From assembly GCA_000002445.1 (NCBI GenBank), contig CM000207.1, forward strand, positions 1,440,001 to 1,504,000: DNA of 64,000 bases. The letters are read 5' to 3'. The notes beneath the pieces are model-generated. The model was not told the DNA's origin, ran no database searches, and saw nothing but the letters and a program-made list of their open reading frames with translations. Position numbers and translations under genes: made by a program. This document shows, piece after piece, positions 1 through 16,421 of the stretch (its first letter is position 1; each line of letters begins with the position of its first letter). This DNA is from Trypanosoma brucei. Taxonomy: Eukaryota.

Positions 1-447
1 TTTAAAAGTTGGTGGGAGGAACGAAATCAACAAATACGTGAAAAAAAAATTCGAAGGAATAAAACAACGAAAAGAAGCGTCACTCGCAGCACAAGAGGTC
101 AATAATAATTCATTTTCTTCTTTTCAACCGTTTGCAATTTGTGTCTGCTGTGCAAATGCGCTATTGCTCTTTTCTGTGAGTTAAGTCAATCAGTCACTTA
201 ACCGTGAGAAGAGGAAAAAATCAAAAATTGAAGGAAAAAAAAAAGAAAACAATAAAGCGAAGAAACAAAACAAATAAATGAACCAAAGAAAAAGGAAGGG
301 ATCAAAACGAGAATGACATGAAGCATTTGAAGAATTAAAAAGAAAAAAGAGAAAACGAAGAAACTTTTGTTAATTGCGCCGTGTGAATATGTGATGCGTG
401 TAAGGAGAAGTGGGCGAAAACACAGAGAACACAAAGTGTATAAAATA

Positions 448-448
448 T

Positions 449-500
<52 letters not shown>
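448..500. repeat. compound microsatellite (CA)n(TA)n
   Basis: acacacacacacacacacac followed directly by (at)15. Similar (TA)n, (CA)n or (GT)n tracts occur at 3292-3314, 4126-4141, 17773-17796, 18174-18194, 18722-18741, 22666-22692, 25434-25452, 28305-28328 and 55879-55904. Confidence 0.95.
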
Positions 501-503
<3 letters not shown>

Positions 504-3500
504 TCCTAATCACCACTTTCTTCACATTCGTACAAATAATAGTTTCCCCTCCTCTTCCTCCTAAAACTGACGGTTTATCATCAGCGTTAACATAATCATT
601 ATCAGCGTTTTCATTGTTGCGGTCACGACCATTACTGTCATTATTTAAATGGTCCATCCTCTTTTTTTATAGAATTTCTTATTAATTTTCATTTCTATTT
701 GCATATATATATATATATTTCAAGGGTGCACGAAAAGGGAAAATGACGAGACAGAGAGTGAGAAAAAAAAAAGAAAGGGTAATCCTTCCTATTATATGAT
801 GTACCTTTTTGCTTCGTTTTCATTTTCAATGAGGTTTAATACTTGAAAAAGACAAAAAAAAGAGAAAAAAGTAACGACACCAACTTGTCCATCTGCTTAA
901 TTTGTTCTTTTTTTTTTTCTATTTAAAAATTTTTATCCCCTCGTGAGAAATCGATGTCAAAAACAATACTTATCTCCGAGTGAACATTTCCTTTACTTTC
1001 TTTTTTTACTCTTCTTCTTTTGCCTTCCAAATGAAATCTTTTCTTTTTTCCCCCTTTCCTCTCTCGGGTTCACTGCTTCATGAATCCGCTCGCTCACAAT
1101 TCATGCCACTTTTTGCTGTTTTTCTTTTTGTTTCGTTACTTACATTACTTTCCTCCTTTTTCTTGTGCCATCCATACATTCTTACGGGAGGAAAAGGCCA
1201 AACTCTTATTAACGTTCCCTTTCATGTTCTTCTTATATCAATAAATCAAGTCACTATCCATAAAAAGAAGAAAAAATAAAATACTTTCCTTTCCCAACAT
1301 TTCCTTCTCTCAAGAAAACAAAACACACACACACACACACTTTGATGTCATAATCACATAAAAAACGTACGAAACGAATTAATGATGTAATATTTAAACT
1401 CTTGTATTTATATGTTAATCAATTAGTCAATTAGTTTATTATTGAACTAGTTTATTATTATTATTGATGTTAATATATATAATTAAACCCTTTGGCCAAT
1501 CCTTCATCACGTCACTTAACGTTTTTCCCCCTCTATTTATTTATTTGTTACCTCCTCCTCCTCCTCCTGTTGAGGTTTTATGGCAAAAAGATGGAGGACG
1601 AAGTGAAATGAAACAATATTCACGTGATAAAAGGACAGGTGGGTGGAGATGGGATCAAAAAAAAAATAAAATACATAAAAATAAAATACATAAAAATAAA
1701 ATAAACCCCCCAAAATAACACAAAGAAGAAAAAGTAGGGAAAAAACTTAAAAATAAAAATAAAAAATGAGAGATTGGTAATTTATAATTATATTAAATTA
1801 TATGAAATAACTGACCCTCCCGTTACCGGTTGCATCCCTTTTATTTATTCCCATACTCTTCCTTATTATTGGTTTCTCCACCTTATCTCTCCCCTCCTCC
1901 GATAAAAAAAAAAGTAAAAAAAACCCAGGAAGAAAAAACAAAACAAAGCGGAAAGAAAGAAAGCCGGTAACGATGTGAAAAGGCAATTGGGGTTGACATA
2001 TCAGCTGAATTGACTATTTCAGTGCTTTTCTTCTCGTTTTTTATATCTTCTCTTGCATGTTTACCTTCACTTCACACCCTTTTTTCTCTTTTTTTGTATG
2101 TTTCTTCCTTCACACGCATGCGCTTTCCTTCTTCCACTCACTTCTTTTCAACAGTATGAAATATAAATAAATATTTATATATGTATGTTTATTTATTTAC
2201 ATATTTTCACTCGGTTACCTGATGTAATACTTTCTTCTTGTTTCTCTGAGGTTAAAATCTTCCCAGTGCGTGTGAATGCATGTGGGGGAGAGGCGATGAT
2301 GGTGGTGATGGTGGTGAAAATAAAAAAATAAATATCATGTTTTCGTTTTTGATGGTTCCTCTTCAATTATGTAAATAAGTAAAAAAAAAAAATATATATA
2401 TATATATATTACTTATATGCATATATTTTTCCTCTTTTCTTCGTTTTGGTGCTCTTACAATTATATGCTTCATGCTTATTTTCACCTTAACTCCGCACCT
2501 ACGCCCCCGCCTCTTCAACTATTCCATCAGTTATTATTCTTCGTGCATATGCACTGAAAAGGCGCGGAGGGGAGAAAATAAAGAACCAAAGTGTGTGTCT
2601 GCAACATGGATGAAATAAAACGTTTCATGTAATATAAAAAAATGGGGGTAAATACGAAATAGTAAAATAAATAAAATGTTTTACGAATGGAGCGGCAGAA
2701 CGCTCTTAAGGGGGAAGGAGAGAAAATTAAATTTTATTTCCCCTTTAAATAATGACAATAACACTTACGACAACAACATATTATTATTATTATCATATTA
2801 TTATTAGTGTAAATATAATAATTGCGGGAGTTTTAGTGATGTCGGTATCTGGGGGGTGAGGGGAACGTTTTGGCGTGTTGATGAGCTCCCACTTTGCGGA
2901 AACGACAAAATAAAAAAAGAGGTGGAAATGGAAATGTATTAAATTGAAAAATAAAGACGTGAAACAAAATAAATTCGGTGAAATCAACTTGAGTACATTC
3001 AAACACACAACGATTAGCAGTGCATTACATTTACATCTCATTTGGGGAGGGAAATATCAGAAAAATATCGAATGCAAACAAAACATGCGTGTAAAAGAGC
3101 TGCATGAATAATGAAAATGATAAAGGAGTAGGGACAAGGAGGAACGAGAAACCAATAAGCAGGTGTGAAATAAAGAGAGATAAAAAGAGTGGAACAGAAG
3201 TTCGAGAGGCCCGCAAGGAGGCTTTAAATAATAGCTATAATAATAAGGCTGCAACCGTAGCGGTCGGAGGAATGTGTTGCTCCTCCCATTACATATATAT
3301 ATATATATATATATGGTGATGTACATGCGTCTCTTCCTTCTGTCTCATCAACTTCTTCCTTCCCTTTGTTGTCTGTGGTTTGAAATGCGGCTGCTTCGAC
3401 AGCATCAGTTAATGCTTCTCCCTCCTTTCTTTGTTTGTCCCCCTCTCTTCACAACCACACGCCCTCCAACCTTTTCCCTTCCCCCTTTCTGACTCATTTG

Positions 3501-5092
3501 CTCCCACTCTCTCACGCAGTGGATGCCAACCATATATAAATATAAATACAAATAAATAAGTAAATAAATATATATGTATATGAAGGAAAGAAAGAAGGAA
3601 AGGAAAACAAAAGGAAAAACAGTTAAACGTGCACACACACGGAAATTGGACCGCTTGTCCCTCCTTTTCCTTTTCTCTCTTTGTTTCCCCATTCCCATTC
3701 CCATTCTTATTCTCATTCTTCCCTCTTTTCTTGTTCTTACATTCCCTCACTTCATTTGTTGACTTACATTTGTTGGTTCTCTCCTTCTCACATAACATAT
3801 AAAATACATATAACTGCATGCATGTATGAATCAATATGTTTTTGATGATATTCTTTTTTCAATTATTGGTGGCAGCGAGTGTCGTGTCTCGCCGCTTGTA
3901 CGTTGAGTCTCCACCTCATCTTCATCATCATTTCAGTCCCACAAAAGAGACGGGAACCGGTGTTAATAACTTACAACAAAGCAACACAAACGGGGAACGT
4001 GGAGAATCACAGGAGAAATCAGGAATCAAGATATAAATAGCCTGATAAGTGAGTAAATAAGGAAACGGAATCGGAAGAAAAACAATAATAATAATAATGA
4101 TAATAATAATAATGGTAATGGTAATAATATATATATATATATTATATATAGAGAGAAATGGAAGGGCATTGCACCGCACTGGTTCTCTTTACAAGCAGGC
4201 GCTGTGCAGAGGGGGATGCGCCCTCCACCAAGGTACATGAGTTTAATCACATATGATAAAATAAAAACAAAATAAAGGGGAGTAAAAAAAAAAAAGACCA
4301 AATCAGGGAACAAAGGGAGATGGTCTGTAGTTAAAAGTAAGGAATGGGTGATGAGCAAAAAAAAAAAAATAGCAGATTTACTGATAAGAAGGAAAGGAGG
4401 ATGGAGGGAACGAAAAAAGAAAACGGGTGACTGAGGGAGCGCAGCGACACGACAGAACAATGAAAGTTTAAAGATGGTCAACAAAGAGAGGAAAGGTACG
4501 GTAATCTAAGTACCAACAGTTCCAACTACAGTGCGTGGCGAAAGTACGTGTTTGTCTTCTGAAACGAAGTGGCAACATCACGGCTGCACCACAACTCCAC
4601 CCCCAAAATATTGAACTCCTCTTGTTTCACTATTTTCTTTACCCCCTCCTTCCCTTCTCTCGTTGGTACCTTCCCTTACCGCTTTCATTTCATTTCTTTC
4701 CCCCTCCTTTCCCACTTCCATTTGTTATATTCTCTCTTTCTTCATTTCCCCCATCCTTCGCTAACTTCCCACTTCGACCCGTTTCCCCCGTCACCGCAGT
4801 CTCTCCTAACCTTTTCGCTCTTACTTCCTTCTTCCTTCCATTTGTCCACTACTGCAATTGTTACCACCTCCTTTCAATCCCTTTCTTCCACGACCCGACC
4901 CTCAAAAGGTGCCACCAAAATGAGCAGTGAAGTGCAACGGGGAGGAACTCAGGAATGAAAAGTGAAGAATAGTGGCGGTAAGTGTGAAATGCAACGTGCA
5001 CCAACTGCAGAAGTATCAGAGAATCAATTAAGAGCGATGCCGCAGGTAACGGCATCAATAGTTTCGGTGGGGACTGTCAGGCGATGGGGACC

Positions 5093-5866
5093 TCATGACC
5101 GAATTCGCGCCCCACGAGGTGCACGCCACCGCGTCCCACACTGCGTGAATGCGGCCACACCGGCAGCGGCGCGGGGCAATGCTATCTCGTCGAGGTATGC
5201 AAACCAAACACGGCAGCGAAACACATCGAAGGCAACTCGCTGAAGGCGGCGAAAATCAACATACGTTCTCACGTTCCGCACAATGATGCACGTTATCTTG
5301 CGACCATCCAATTGGTACATAACGTCCTTAATGTACGCTGGGCATTTCACTTGTTGAGCCAGCGACCTCATCTTCCGGAGAGCCTCCGATTCCTTTTCGC
5401 AGAGGGCTCGGTACTGTTTCACATCACGTGGGGTTGCAAGACGGAGAACCCGCACCTCCACGTGCGGTGGCAGAGCCGGTAATGAAGTAATGGCGCGTAC
5501 AATACCCAAATCCTCGCCTCGATCTCCCTCTGTCACGACAGCCTCACCCACTTGCACAGAAAAAGGGAGGTAAAACTCCAGGGCCCCGTACTTAAACTCC
5601 ACCAAACCAATGTGCACCATCGCATCGGGAGAGCAAAGACTTGGTAGTCCGTTACCACCCACCACCTCATTTTCTTCCGCTACCGCTTTATTGTGTGAAG
5701 AGACGGAGGTGCTGGCGGTGGTGGTGGATGAAAGGAGCGGCTGCGGTGACGAGCATGTGGCGATGGGTTCCAACACACAGGCCGAATACGGGTCATGATG
5801 GTAACGTCTCACAGGACGGCCGAGAGCAGGTGGAGCGACGAACTGGTTAGCAGCTGCTGCGACCAT
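5093..5866 (-). CDS. PSP1 C-terminal domain-containing protein (hypothetical)
   Basis: Minus-strand ORF. I chose the internal Met (MVAAAANQ..., ATG at 5864-5866) as start because the upstream part of the ORF-track entry is low-complexity translation of a (TA)n/pyrimidine tract. Central segment VEFKYGALEFYLPFSVQVGEAVVTEGDRGEDLGIVRAI matches the PSP1 C-terminal conserved-region consensus (V.F...R.......G..V.VE.DRGEDLG.V) from memory. Confidence 0.55.
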   Translation of the reverse strand: MVAAAANQFVAPPALGRPVRRYHHDPYSACVLEPIATCSSPQPLLSSTTTASTSVSSHNKAVAEENEVVGGNGLPSLCSPDAMVHIGLVEFKYGALEFYLPFSVQVGEAVVTEGDRGEDLGIVRAITSLPALPPHVEVRVLRLATPRDVKQYRALCEKESEALRKMRSLAQQVKCPAYIKDVMYQLDGRKITCIIVRNVRTYVDFRRLQRVAFDVFRCRVWFAYLDEIALPRAAAGVAAFTQCGTRWRAPRGARIRS

Positions 5867-6557
5867 AACGCTAGTCTCTTGGTGTTTCGTTGGTTGTGCT
5901 GGCTTGAATGGAGTTAACTTCCAGACAAAAAAAAAAGAAAGAAACTGCAGTAACGAAATTATTCGGATACAAACCCGAAGGTAAATATATATAAATACGG
6001 GAATCACACAATACATAGCGCATAGTGAAGAAGAAGAAGAGTGAAGGTGTCCAAGTAATCAGCATAATCCCTTTAGGGCTGACTACTACAGCGAAATTTT
6101 TACCGGTAAGGGAGTAGGAGTTACAAAAAAAAAAAAAGAAACAAAAGTGACGCAGCAGCAACAGCAAGAGGAGAGTACCATCCTTGTCACAAAATAAATA
6201 TACTTAAAAGGAGAATCTGATACGTGATGCTAAAATTGACTTCTTTTAAAAAAATTACTATTGCTCCCTGAAAATTACTCAATTGCGTGGAGAAACAAAT
6301 CACACATGTCAACCCTCTTCGCTACCAAATACACAACACATATAAATATATACATACAAAAAAATAATAGATAAAGGAAACCACAGGAAACAACAACAGA
6401 AAAGTAATGCAACAACAAACAGCAAAGGAATACAACAAGGAAAACATTACCTTCAAAAGATATACCAATCTACGTCACAAACATTTACGTAAAAAAAACA
6501 TAACAAACAGAACTCAATATAAAGTAAAACAAAGCTATATAGATATATATGAAACAA

Positions 6558-7700
<1,143 letters not shown>

Positions 7701-8945
7701 TCAAATCACATGGTATAACTGCTTTGTTGAAGCAAAGGTAAAACAACAAGGAAACAACAAGGATTATTTGGCATCATCCCTGTTCTGTGGTAAATTAAGA
7801 ATTTATGGCTCTCGCCAGCATCATATCCAGTAGAGAAGAACATTATCAAAACTGTAAAAGAAAACCCTCAAAGAGTACCTCATTAGAGCAACCACGTTGT
7901 CATGGCAGATACTGCGGTCAAATGTGCACAGTAACACAACGATAAATTTCAATATAACTATCTACGAGCAGCAAAAAGGAGAGTAGAAAAAGCAGTGGTA
8001 ACCACAACAAGTGAATCAGCACCCCATACAATGGACGAGAACACAGCGCTTTTATTGATGCATGCGTGTCGGGGGAAGTCTTTTATATTGTGAAGGGACA
8101 AATAGAAAAAACAACAACACTCCCAATCACACATATACGGTACAGGGTTTCTGTTCCCCCATGCTGACCTTTCACGTATCACCTTTATTGTTTCCCTCTT
8201 CCCTCCCTTCTGTTGTTTGCCTGCAACAACAGTGTTACGGTTAATGAAAATTTACAGCCCACCACACCTGTACATTCATTTCAGCACGAGCTGAGATGTA
8301 GGCAAGTCTTTCATATGTTTGTCGTTCACACATCGTGTACCCCTCCACTGATTTTGTAACGAATTAACGTCTTAAATTGATTTTGTTAAGATACACCACT
8401 ATCACCTTCCAACACAGAGTCAAGGGAGCAAAAAAACACAATTATAGGCAGTACAAATAGACAACTTCGAGAAATTGGGACAAATGCTGTCAGATATGCA
8501 TTATACGCAATGAAGTAAGCAAAGGAAACTTTACGAATTTCTAAGATGAGGGCCATAGGTGTACGGCCTGCTTGTTTCATTAGTGCAGTTACCAAAACTA
8601 TCCCGCTAGCAAGATAAGGCGCATCCTTCCATTAATCTTGTCAGAAATGCTAGACATTCCTTCATGCCTCATCCAAGACCATGCCCACCTTTCTGGGTGT
8701 CATTATTTTGACCATATAAGCAGCAAGACAAAGGGTAGTATACCAACAACAAAAACAGCAACAACAATGAATAGATAATTGCTCGCCTTTCACACAAGAA
8801 AGGAAGATAAGCACACCTACTACTAGAGAAATGACATCTTAAAGACGAACAAAGTTGTTTTCCTCTCTTTTCGACTTTTCAACAACAGGTCCGTCATTAT
8901 TAACAACACTTTACTGATTTCACCTTTCCACAGGGGGAGGCACCA

Positions 8946-9977
<1,032 letters not shown>

Positions 9978-11450
9978 TTAACTAATCATTATGGCAGCAT
10001 ACTTTGTTGGTGATAACTCACATAACGTAAGTATTCAAACCACATGGTATAACTGCTTTGTTGAAGCAAAGGTAAAACAACAAGGAAACAACAAGGATTA
10101 TTTGGCATCATCCCTGTTCTGTGGTAAATTAAGAATTTATGGCTCTCGCCAGCATCATATCCAGCAGAGAAGAACATTATCAAAACTGTAAAAGAAAACC
10201 CTCAAAGAGTACCTCATTAGAGCAACCACGTTGTCATGGCAGATACTGCGGTCAAATGTGCACAGTAACACAACGATAAATTTCAATATAACTATCTACG
10301 AGCAGCAAAAAGGAGAGTAGAAAAAGCAGTGGTAACCACAACAAGTGAATCAGCACCCCATACAATGGACGAGAACACAGCGCTTTTATTGATGCATGCG
10401 TGTCGGGGGAAGTCTTTTATATTGTGAAGGGACAAATAGAAAAAACAACAACACTCCCAATCACACATATACGGTACAGGGTTTCTGTTCCCCCATGCTG
10501 ACCTTTCACGTATCACCTTTATTGTTTCCCTCTTCCCTCCCTTCTGTTGTTTGCCTGCAACAACAGTGTTACGGTTAATGAAAATTTACAGCCCACCACA
10601 CCTGTACATTCATTTCAGCACGAGCTGAGATGTAGGCAAGTCTTTCATATGTTTGTCGTTCACACATCGTGTACCCCTCCACTGATTTTTCTCTTGAAAA
10701 AACTTCATCACACATCTAAGTTTCATGTAAACGTATGTATCGCGGTGTGTAAATTGACGAACGCAGAGCAAACAAAAAAAACATTCAAAATAATACGGGT
10801 ATTTATAAATATCCGTACGTAGTATGGTCACCTTTTTGGCATCCAGCCACAGGTAAAATTATAAATGAAAAATAACTGCCAAAGCAGCAGACCTCAATGC
10901 GTGAACAGTTAAGTTCGGTACAACCCCACTAATACGAAAGGATTTATCAATTCGATAAACAGGAGGCTGATGTTCTCCTACTTAATATATTCTACGCAAA
11001 GAAGTAAGCAAAGGAAACTTTACGAATTTCTAAGATGAGGGCCATAGGTGTACGGCCTGCTTGTTTCATTAGTGCAGTTACCAAAACTATCCCGCTAGCA
11101 AGATAAGGCGCATCCTTCCATTAATCTTGTCAGAAATGCTGGACATTCCTTCATGCCTCATCCAAGACCATGCCCACCTTTCTGGGTGTCATTATTTTGA
11201 CCATATAAGCAGCAAGACAAAGGGTAGTATACCAACAACAAAAACAGCAACAACAATAAATAGATAATTGCTCGCCTTTCACACAAGAAAGGAAGATAAG
11301 CACACCTACTACTAGAGAAATGACATCTTAAAGACGAACAAAGTTGTTTTCCTCTCTTCTCGACTTTTCAACAACAGGTCCGTCATTATTAACAACACTT
11401 TACTGATTCACCTTTCCACAGGGGGAGGCACCATCAATGATTTTTCTTAT

Positions 11451-12422
11451 CTATGACTTTCCCTCGAAATTCATCATTTCTTCGTTTTTAATTACGATTG
11501 CAACAGGTACGCCATCTTCAGTCACTTCACGTGAATTGGCACCACAACATGGCAACCAGCGAATAAAAAGTTGCAGCTGCCATGGAGCTCCATCAGCGTT
11601 GTGACCTACTGCTATGAATGTTGCAATTGTTAAATAAATAGCTACCAACACGTCATCTGTGTAATGGAACCGAGAGGCAACGATGCAATAGTAGCCAAAA
11701 ATTGCTACCACAGTCACCACAGGACGAAACGACCAATGTACCATTGCCCCATAAATCCAGTGGAACATGAGATGAAGCGTCAGAATCACAGTATGGCCAC
11801 TGTACATGAGATCACCACAGTGTATGGAACCGGCACCAGCTGTAAGAACAGTAAGTATGACATCTTTCACACGATTTTCTATTTTCGGCGGGTCTTGGCA
11901 CAGGTCATCGGGATTGGGAAGCGACGTCACTACCATAATAACTGAACGGGAGAGTAGCAGGAGTGCGTATGATGTAATAAAACGGATCCATGCAATGGTA
12001 TGAACGTTGCGCAGTTCAATACGGCAATTCTCCTTACATAACCACACAGATAAAAAGAAGCGACTCACACCGGGAATGTTACATGGGAGTTCTGGTTCAC
12101 CCGACCCCACACAATGCCGGTGAAGAAGGTACAGTTTGAAAGCGGTGAAAACACTCAGAATATTCAAGAAACCGATACAGCAGTCTGCGACAGAAAACAA
12201 AAAAGGATACTTGTGCAATACCTCAAAACCGAGATCTGGTAGCGGCTTCGTCACCTTGGGGTCCGGCATACGTTCATGTGTGATTTGCAACAAAACAGCA
12301 AGGATAAAGACAACAATTACGAATACAACTGTGAATCGAATGACTTGCGTTCGTAATGGCAAGGGTTTCCTCATTCTGTTCCAAAAGGAACCACTATACA
12401 TTTCCACTGGTGGGACAGCCAT
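11451..12422 (-). CDS. SLS: sphingolipid synthase, tandem copy C (most diverged in TM2-3 region)
   Basis: 323-aa ORF with the same SMS-family motifs. Diverged segments: [53 protein letters not shown]. Unique tail ...[17 protein letters not shown]. Shares its downstream (3' UTR-side) sequence with copy B (8505..8945 about equals 10990..11450). Confidence 0.85.
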   Translation of the reverse strand: MAVPPVEMYSGSFWNRMRKPLPLRTQVIRFTVVFVIVVFILAVLLQITHERMPDPKVTKPLPDLGFEVLHKYPFLFSVADCCIGFLNILSVFTAFKLYLLHRHCVGSGEPELPCNIPGVSRFFLSVWLCKENCRIELRNVHTIAWIRFITSYALLLLSRSVIMVVTSLPNPDDLCQDPPKIENRVKDVILTVLTAGAGSIHCGDLMYSGHTVILTLHLMFHWIYGAMVHWSFRPVVTVVAIFGYYCIVASRFHYTDDVLVAIYLTIATFIAVGHNADGAPWQLQLFIRWLPCCGANSREVTEDGVPVAIVIKNEEMMNFEGKS

Positions 12423-13744
12423 TGGTGGTGGTACTAATCCTGGTGGTGAGAGGGAGAAGAAAGGTTAACTAATCATTATGGCAGCATACTTTGTTGGTGA
12501 TAACTCACATAACGTAAGTATTCAAACCACATGGTATAACTGCTTTGTTGAAGCAAAGGTAAAACAACAAGGAAACAACAAGGCTTATTTGGCATCATCC
12601 CTGTTCTGTGGTAAATTAAGAATTTATGGCTCTCGCCAGCATCATATCCAGCAGAGAAGAACATTATCAAAACTGTAAAAGAAAACCCTCAAAGAGTACC
12701 TCATTAGAGCAACCACGTTGTCATGGCAGATACTGCGGTCAAATGTGCACAGTAACACAACGATAAATTTCAATATAACTATCTACGAGCAGCAAAAAGG
12801 AGAGTAGAAAAAGCAGTGGTAACCACAACAAGTGAATCAGCACCCCATACAATGGACGAGAACACAGCGCTTTTATTGATGCATGCGTGTCGGGGGAAGT
12901 CTTTTATATTGTGAAGGGACAAATAGAAAAAACAACAACACTCCCAATCACACATATACGGTACAGGGTTTCTGTTCCCCCATGCTGACCTTTCACGTAT
13001 CACCTTTATTGTTTCCCTCTTCCCTCCCTTCTGTTGTTTGCCTGCAACAACAGTGTTACGGTTAATGAAAATTTACAGCCCACCACACCTGTACATTCAT
13101 TTCAGCACGAGCTGAGATGTAGGCAAGTCTTTCATATGTTTGTCGTTCACACATCGTGTACCCCTCCACTGATTTTTCTCTTGAAAAAACTTCATCACAC
13201 ATCTAAGTTTCATGTAAACGTATGTATCGCGGTGTGTAAATTGACGAACGCACGGTGTACTTGTCAATATGCCCGAAGAAGAGTGATAATTAATATACGT
13301 TTTAGCTGATGATTGTAACAAAAATACGATCGCTGAAGGGGAAGAAAAAAAATAACAGCTTACATATACATATATATGTTTTCGCTGAGGTGCGGTTTAT
13401 TCGCTGCACGGTACCATAAGAAATATAGTTATTATTGAAGACAATTAAAATCTTATTTGTTCAGAATAAGTAAGTAAAAAGAATTTTACTATTATTGGGA
13501 GAGTATTTTCTTTTTTAAGGAAGGGTATTTATTCAATTCCCTTTTTTCCCCTAGAAGCAGCCCTGCTCGACCATTACTATCACTAGATCCTTCGTGGGCT
13601 CAAAATAGCTTTACGCTAAGCCAGGCGGACCAAAAAAATAGAAAATTAAGATTTGAGGCACACTTTCCGTATTACGATGTCTTCCGACAAAAAAAATAAT
13701 ATATATATTCAGCTATGCGGCTGAGGAGGTCATCCATCTATGAA

Positions 13745-14857
<1,113 letters not shown>

Positions 14858-15130
14858 TCAAACCACATGGTATAACTGCTTTGTTGAAGCAAAGGTAAAA
14901 CAACAAGGAAACAACAAGGCTTATTTGGCATCATCCCTGTTCACAACTGAAGTTGTGATGTCAACTCTCCTTGCAGTGGTAATACGCAAAAAGTCTTAGC
15001 GAAAGTATTCCGCAGAAAAATTTTTACGAAGCGCGATAATTGAAGCGATAGTTGCGTTTCATGATTACACAACTGCTTTAAGTTGTGGCACCTATTCTGT
15101 ATTTTCATTTGCGTCTCATTTTCTTTTTCT

Positions 15131-16069
15131 TTACTTGCTCAACTCAGAACACCTGAAGTATTGTGTCGCTTCTTCTAAGAGTGTAGCTGCATTGTTTGAT
15201 GTTATACCTTTCAGCCCTCTGCGAAGACTATCGACGCTGTCACACCATGGTGTGGCATTTAACTGCATGAGAAGCGGAAGCTTCCGTGCTGTACTGCTCT
15301 TCCACAATTTCAACTTTTCCTGTTCTTGAAGTTCCGTGTTTAATGCATTTAGCAGTCCTATCGTTGCCGCATTTACTTCGGCTAGCGGTGTGACATCGGT
15401 ATTGCCGTCTATCGGTTGTGCAAGATCGTCTGTATATAGCTTATAGCGATTTATAATGAAGTCAGGCTTTATTGTTTTGAGCATAAACTGAGTGTTCGTC
15501 CTACATCCAATGGCAAGAATGCAAAGGGCACGCACCGCCGTGTCGTACGGCAGAACGCCACTAATTGCCTTCTCAATCACACCCTTGCATAAAAGCTCCG
15601 ACTCAAAGCGATCGTCACTTCTTTTTGCGGTTTCGTGGGCGTCTGCACTGCAAACAAAGAGATTCCTGTGCAAATTACACCAACTGTCGAATAAATCTGC
15701 AATGTAAAAATAGGGTATATCCTCTGAAATGTGCTCTTCTAACCAGGAAATCTGTCCTGGAACTTCGCATTCCCCCAGCAGCTGTTCAAACGTCCACCGC
15801 GCCTCGGCAGCGGAGCCGCTGCCATACCGTTCAATGATTTCCTCCAATACCTCTTTCTTATAGCCGTATTTCTCGCTGAACGACACCGGTAAAATCCACT
15901 CCTGAAGGAATAAATGAAGTTTAAGTGTCCCTACGTGCAGGGCCCGAAGGTTCGCTTCACTAATAAGTCCCTTGTCCTCAACGAAACCTAAGCCACACCA
16001 ACCGGCAGTAAAGCCCCCTACAAGAGATAATACACCTTTCCCTGTGACATACAACGACCTAGGCGACAT
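15131..16069 (-). CDS. conserved hypothetical protein (312 aa)
   Basis: Long minus-strand ORF with a non-repetitive, balanced composition (MSPRSLYVTGKGVLSLVGGFTAGWCGLGFVEDKG...). It sits in the same orientation as the flanking genes. I recognise no family motif. Confidence 0.5.
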   Translation of the reverse strand: MSPRSLYVTGKGVLSLVGGFTAGWCGLGFVEDKGLISEANLRALHVGTLKLHLFLQEWILPVSFSEKYGYKKEVLEEIIERYGSGSAAEARWTFEQLLGECEVPGQISWLEEHISEDIPYFYIADLFDSWCNLHRNLFVCSADAHETAKRSDDRFESELLCKGVIEKAISGVLPYDTAVRALCILAIGCRTNTQFMLKTIKPDFIINRYKLYTDDLAQPIDGNTDVTPLAEVNAATIGLLNALNTELQEQEKLKLWKSSTARKLPLLMQLNATPWCDSVDSLRRGLKGITSNNAATLLEEATQYFRCSELSK

Positions 16070-16421
16070 ATTGAATTTCTAATAAATGAATATGACGTGT
16101 GAAGCGCGATAGGAAAACACACTCGAAATCTTACATGAAACAGACGAAGAAGGGGGAAAGTGCTGAAAGAGCCTCTCGTGCACTACACCGCTTCCACAAA
16201 ATAACTAAACCAGCACCGGCTATGCCCCATGCATACATTTGCCCCAATTTCACCTCCAACAACCCTCGTCGCAGTATTTCGTGATGGTTTGCGGAATACA
16301 CGGTCAATCCTGTACGCACCGGTTTAAAGTTTGCTACTTCTGCGAAGGGAGGGAGAGAAAAAAACAAAACAACCTCCTTCAACTGATCATCAAAGTGAAG
16401 AGAGGTTACGTGCATGTAGCG

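Noticed and set aside
4535-4958. + strand ORFs of 131 and 129 aa
   Set aside because: They are Pro/Phe/Leu/Ser low-complexity translations of a polypyrimidine block, with no start context or domain.
5867-6016. N-terminal 50-aa extension of the PSP1-domain ORF (MYCVIPVFIYIYL...)
   Set aside because: It is a translation of a (TA)n/pyrimidine tract. The internal Met (MVAAAANQ) is the more plausible start.
7958-8182. 74-aa minus-strand ORF (MIRERSAWGNRNPV...) and the 60-aa + strand ORF, conserved in three array units
   Set aside because: Conservation follows from the tandem duplication of intergenic DNA, not from selection. They are short, sit in the inter-SLS spacer, and have no motif.
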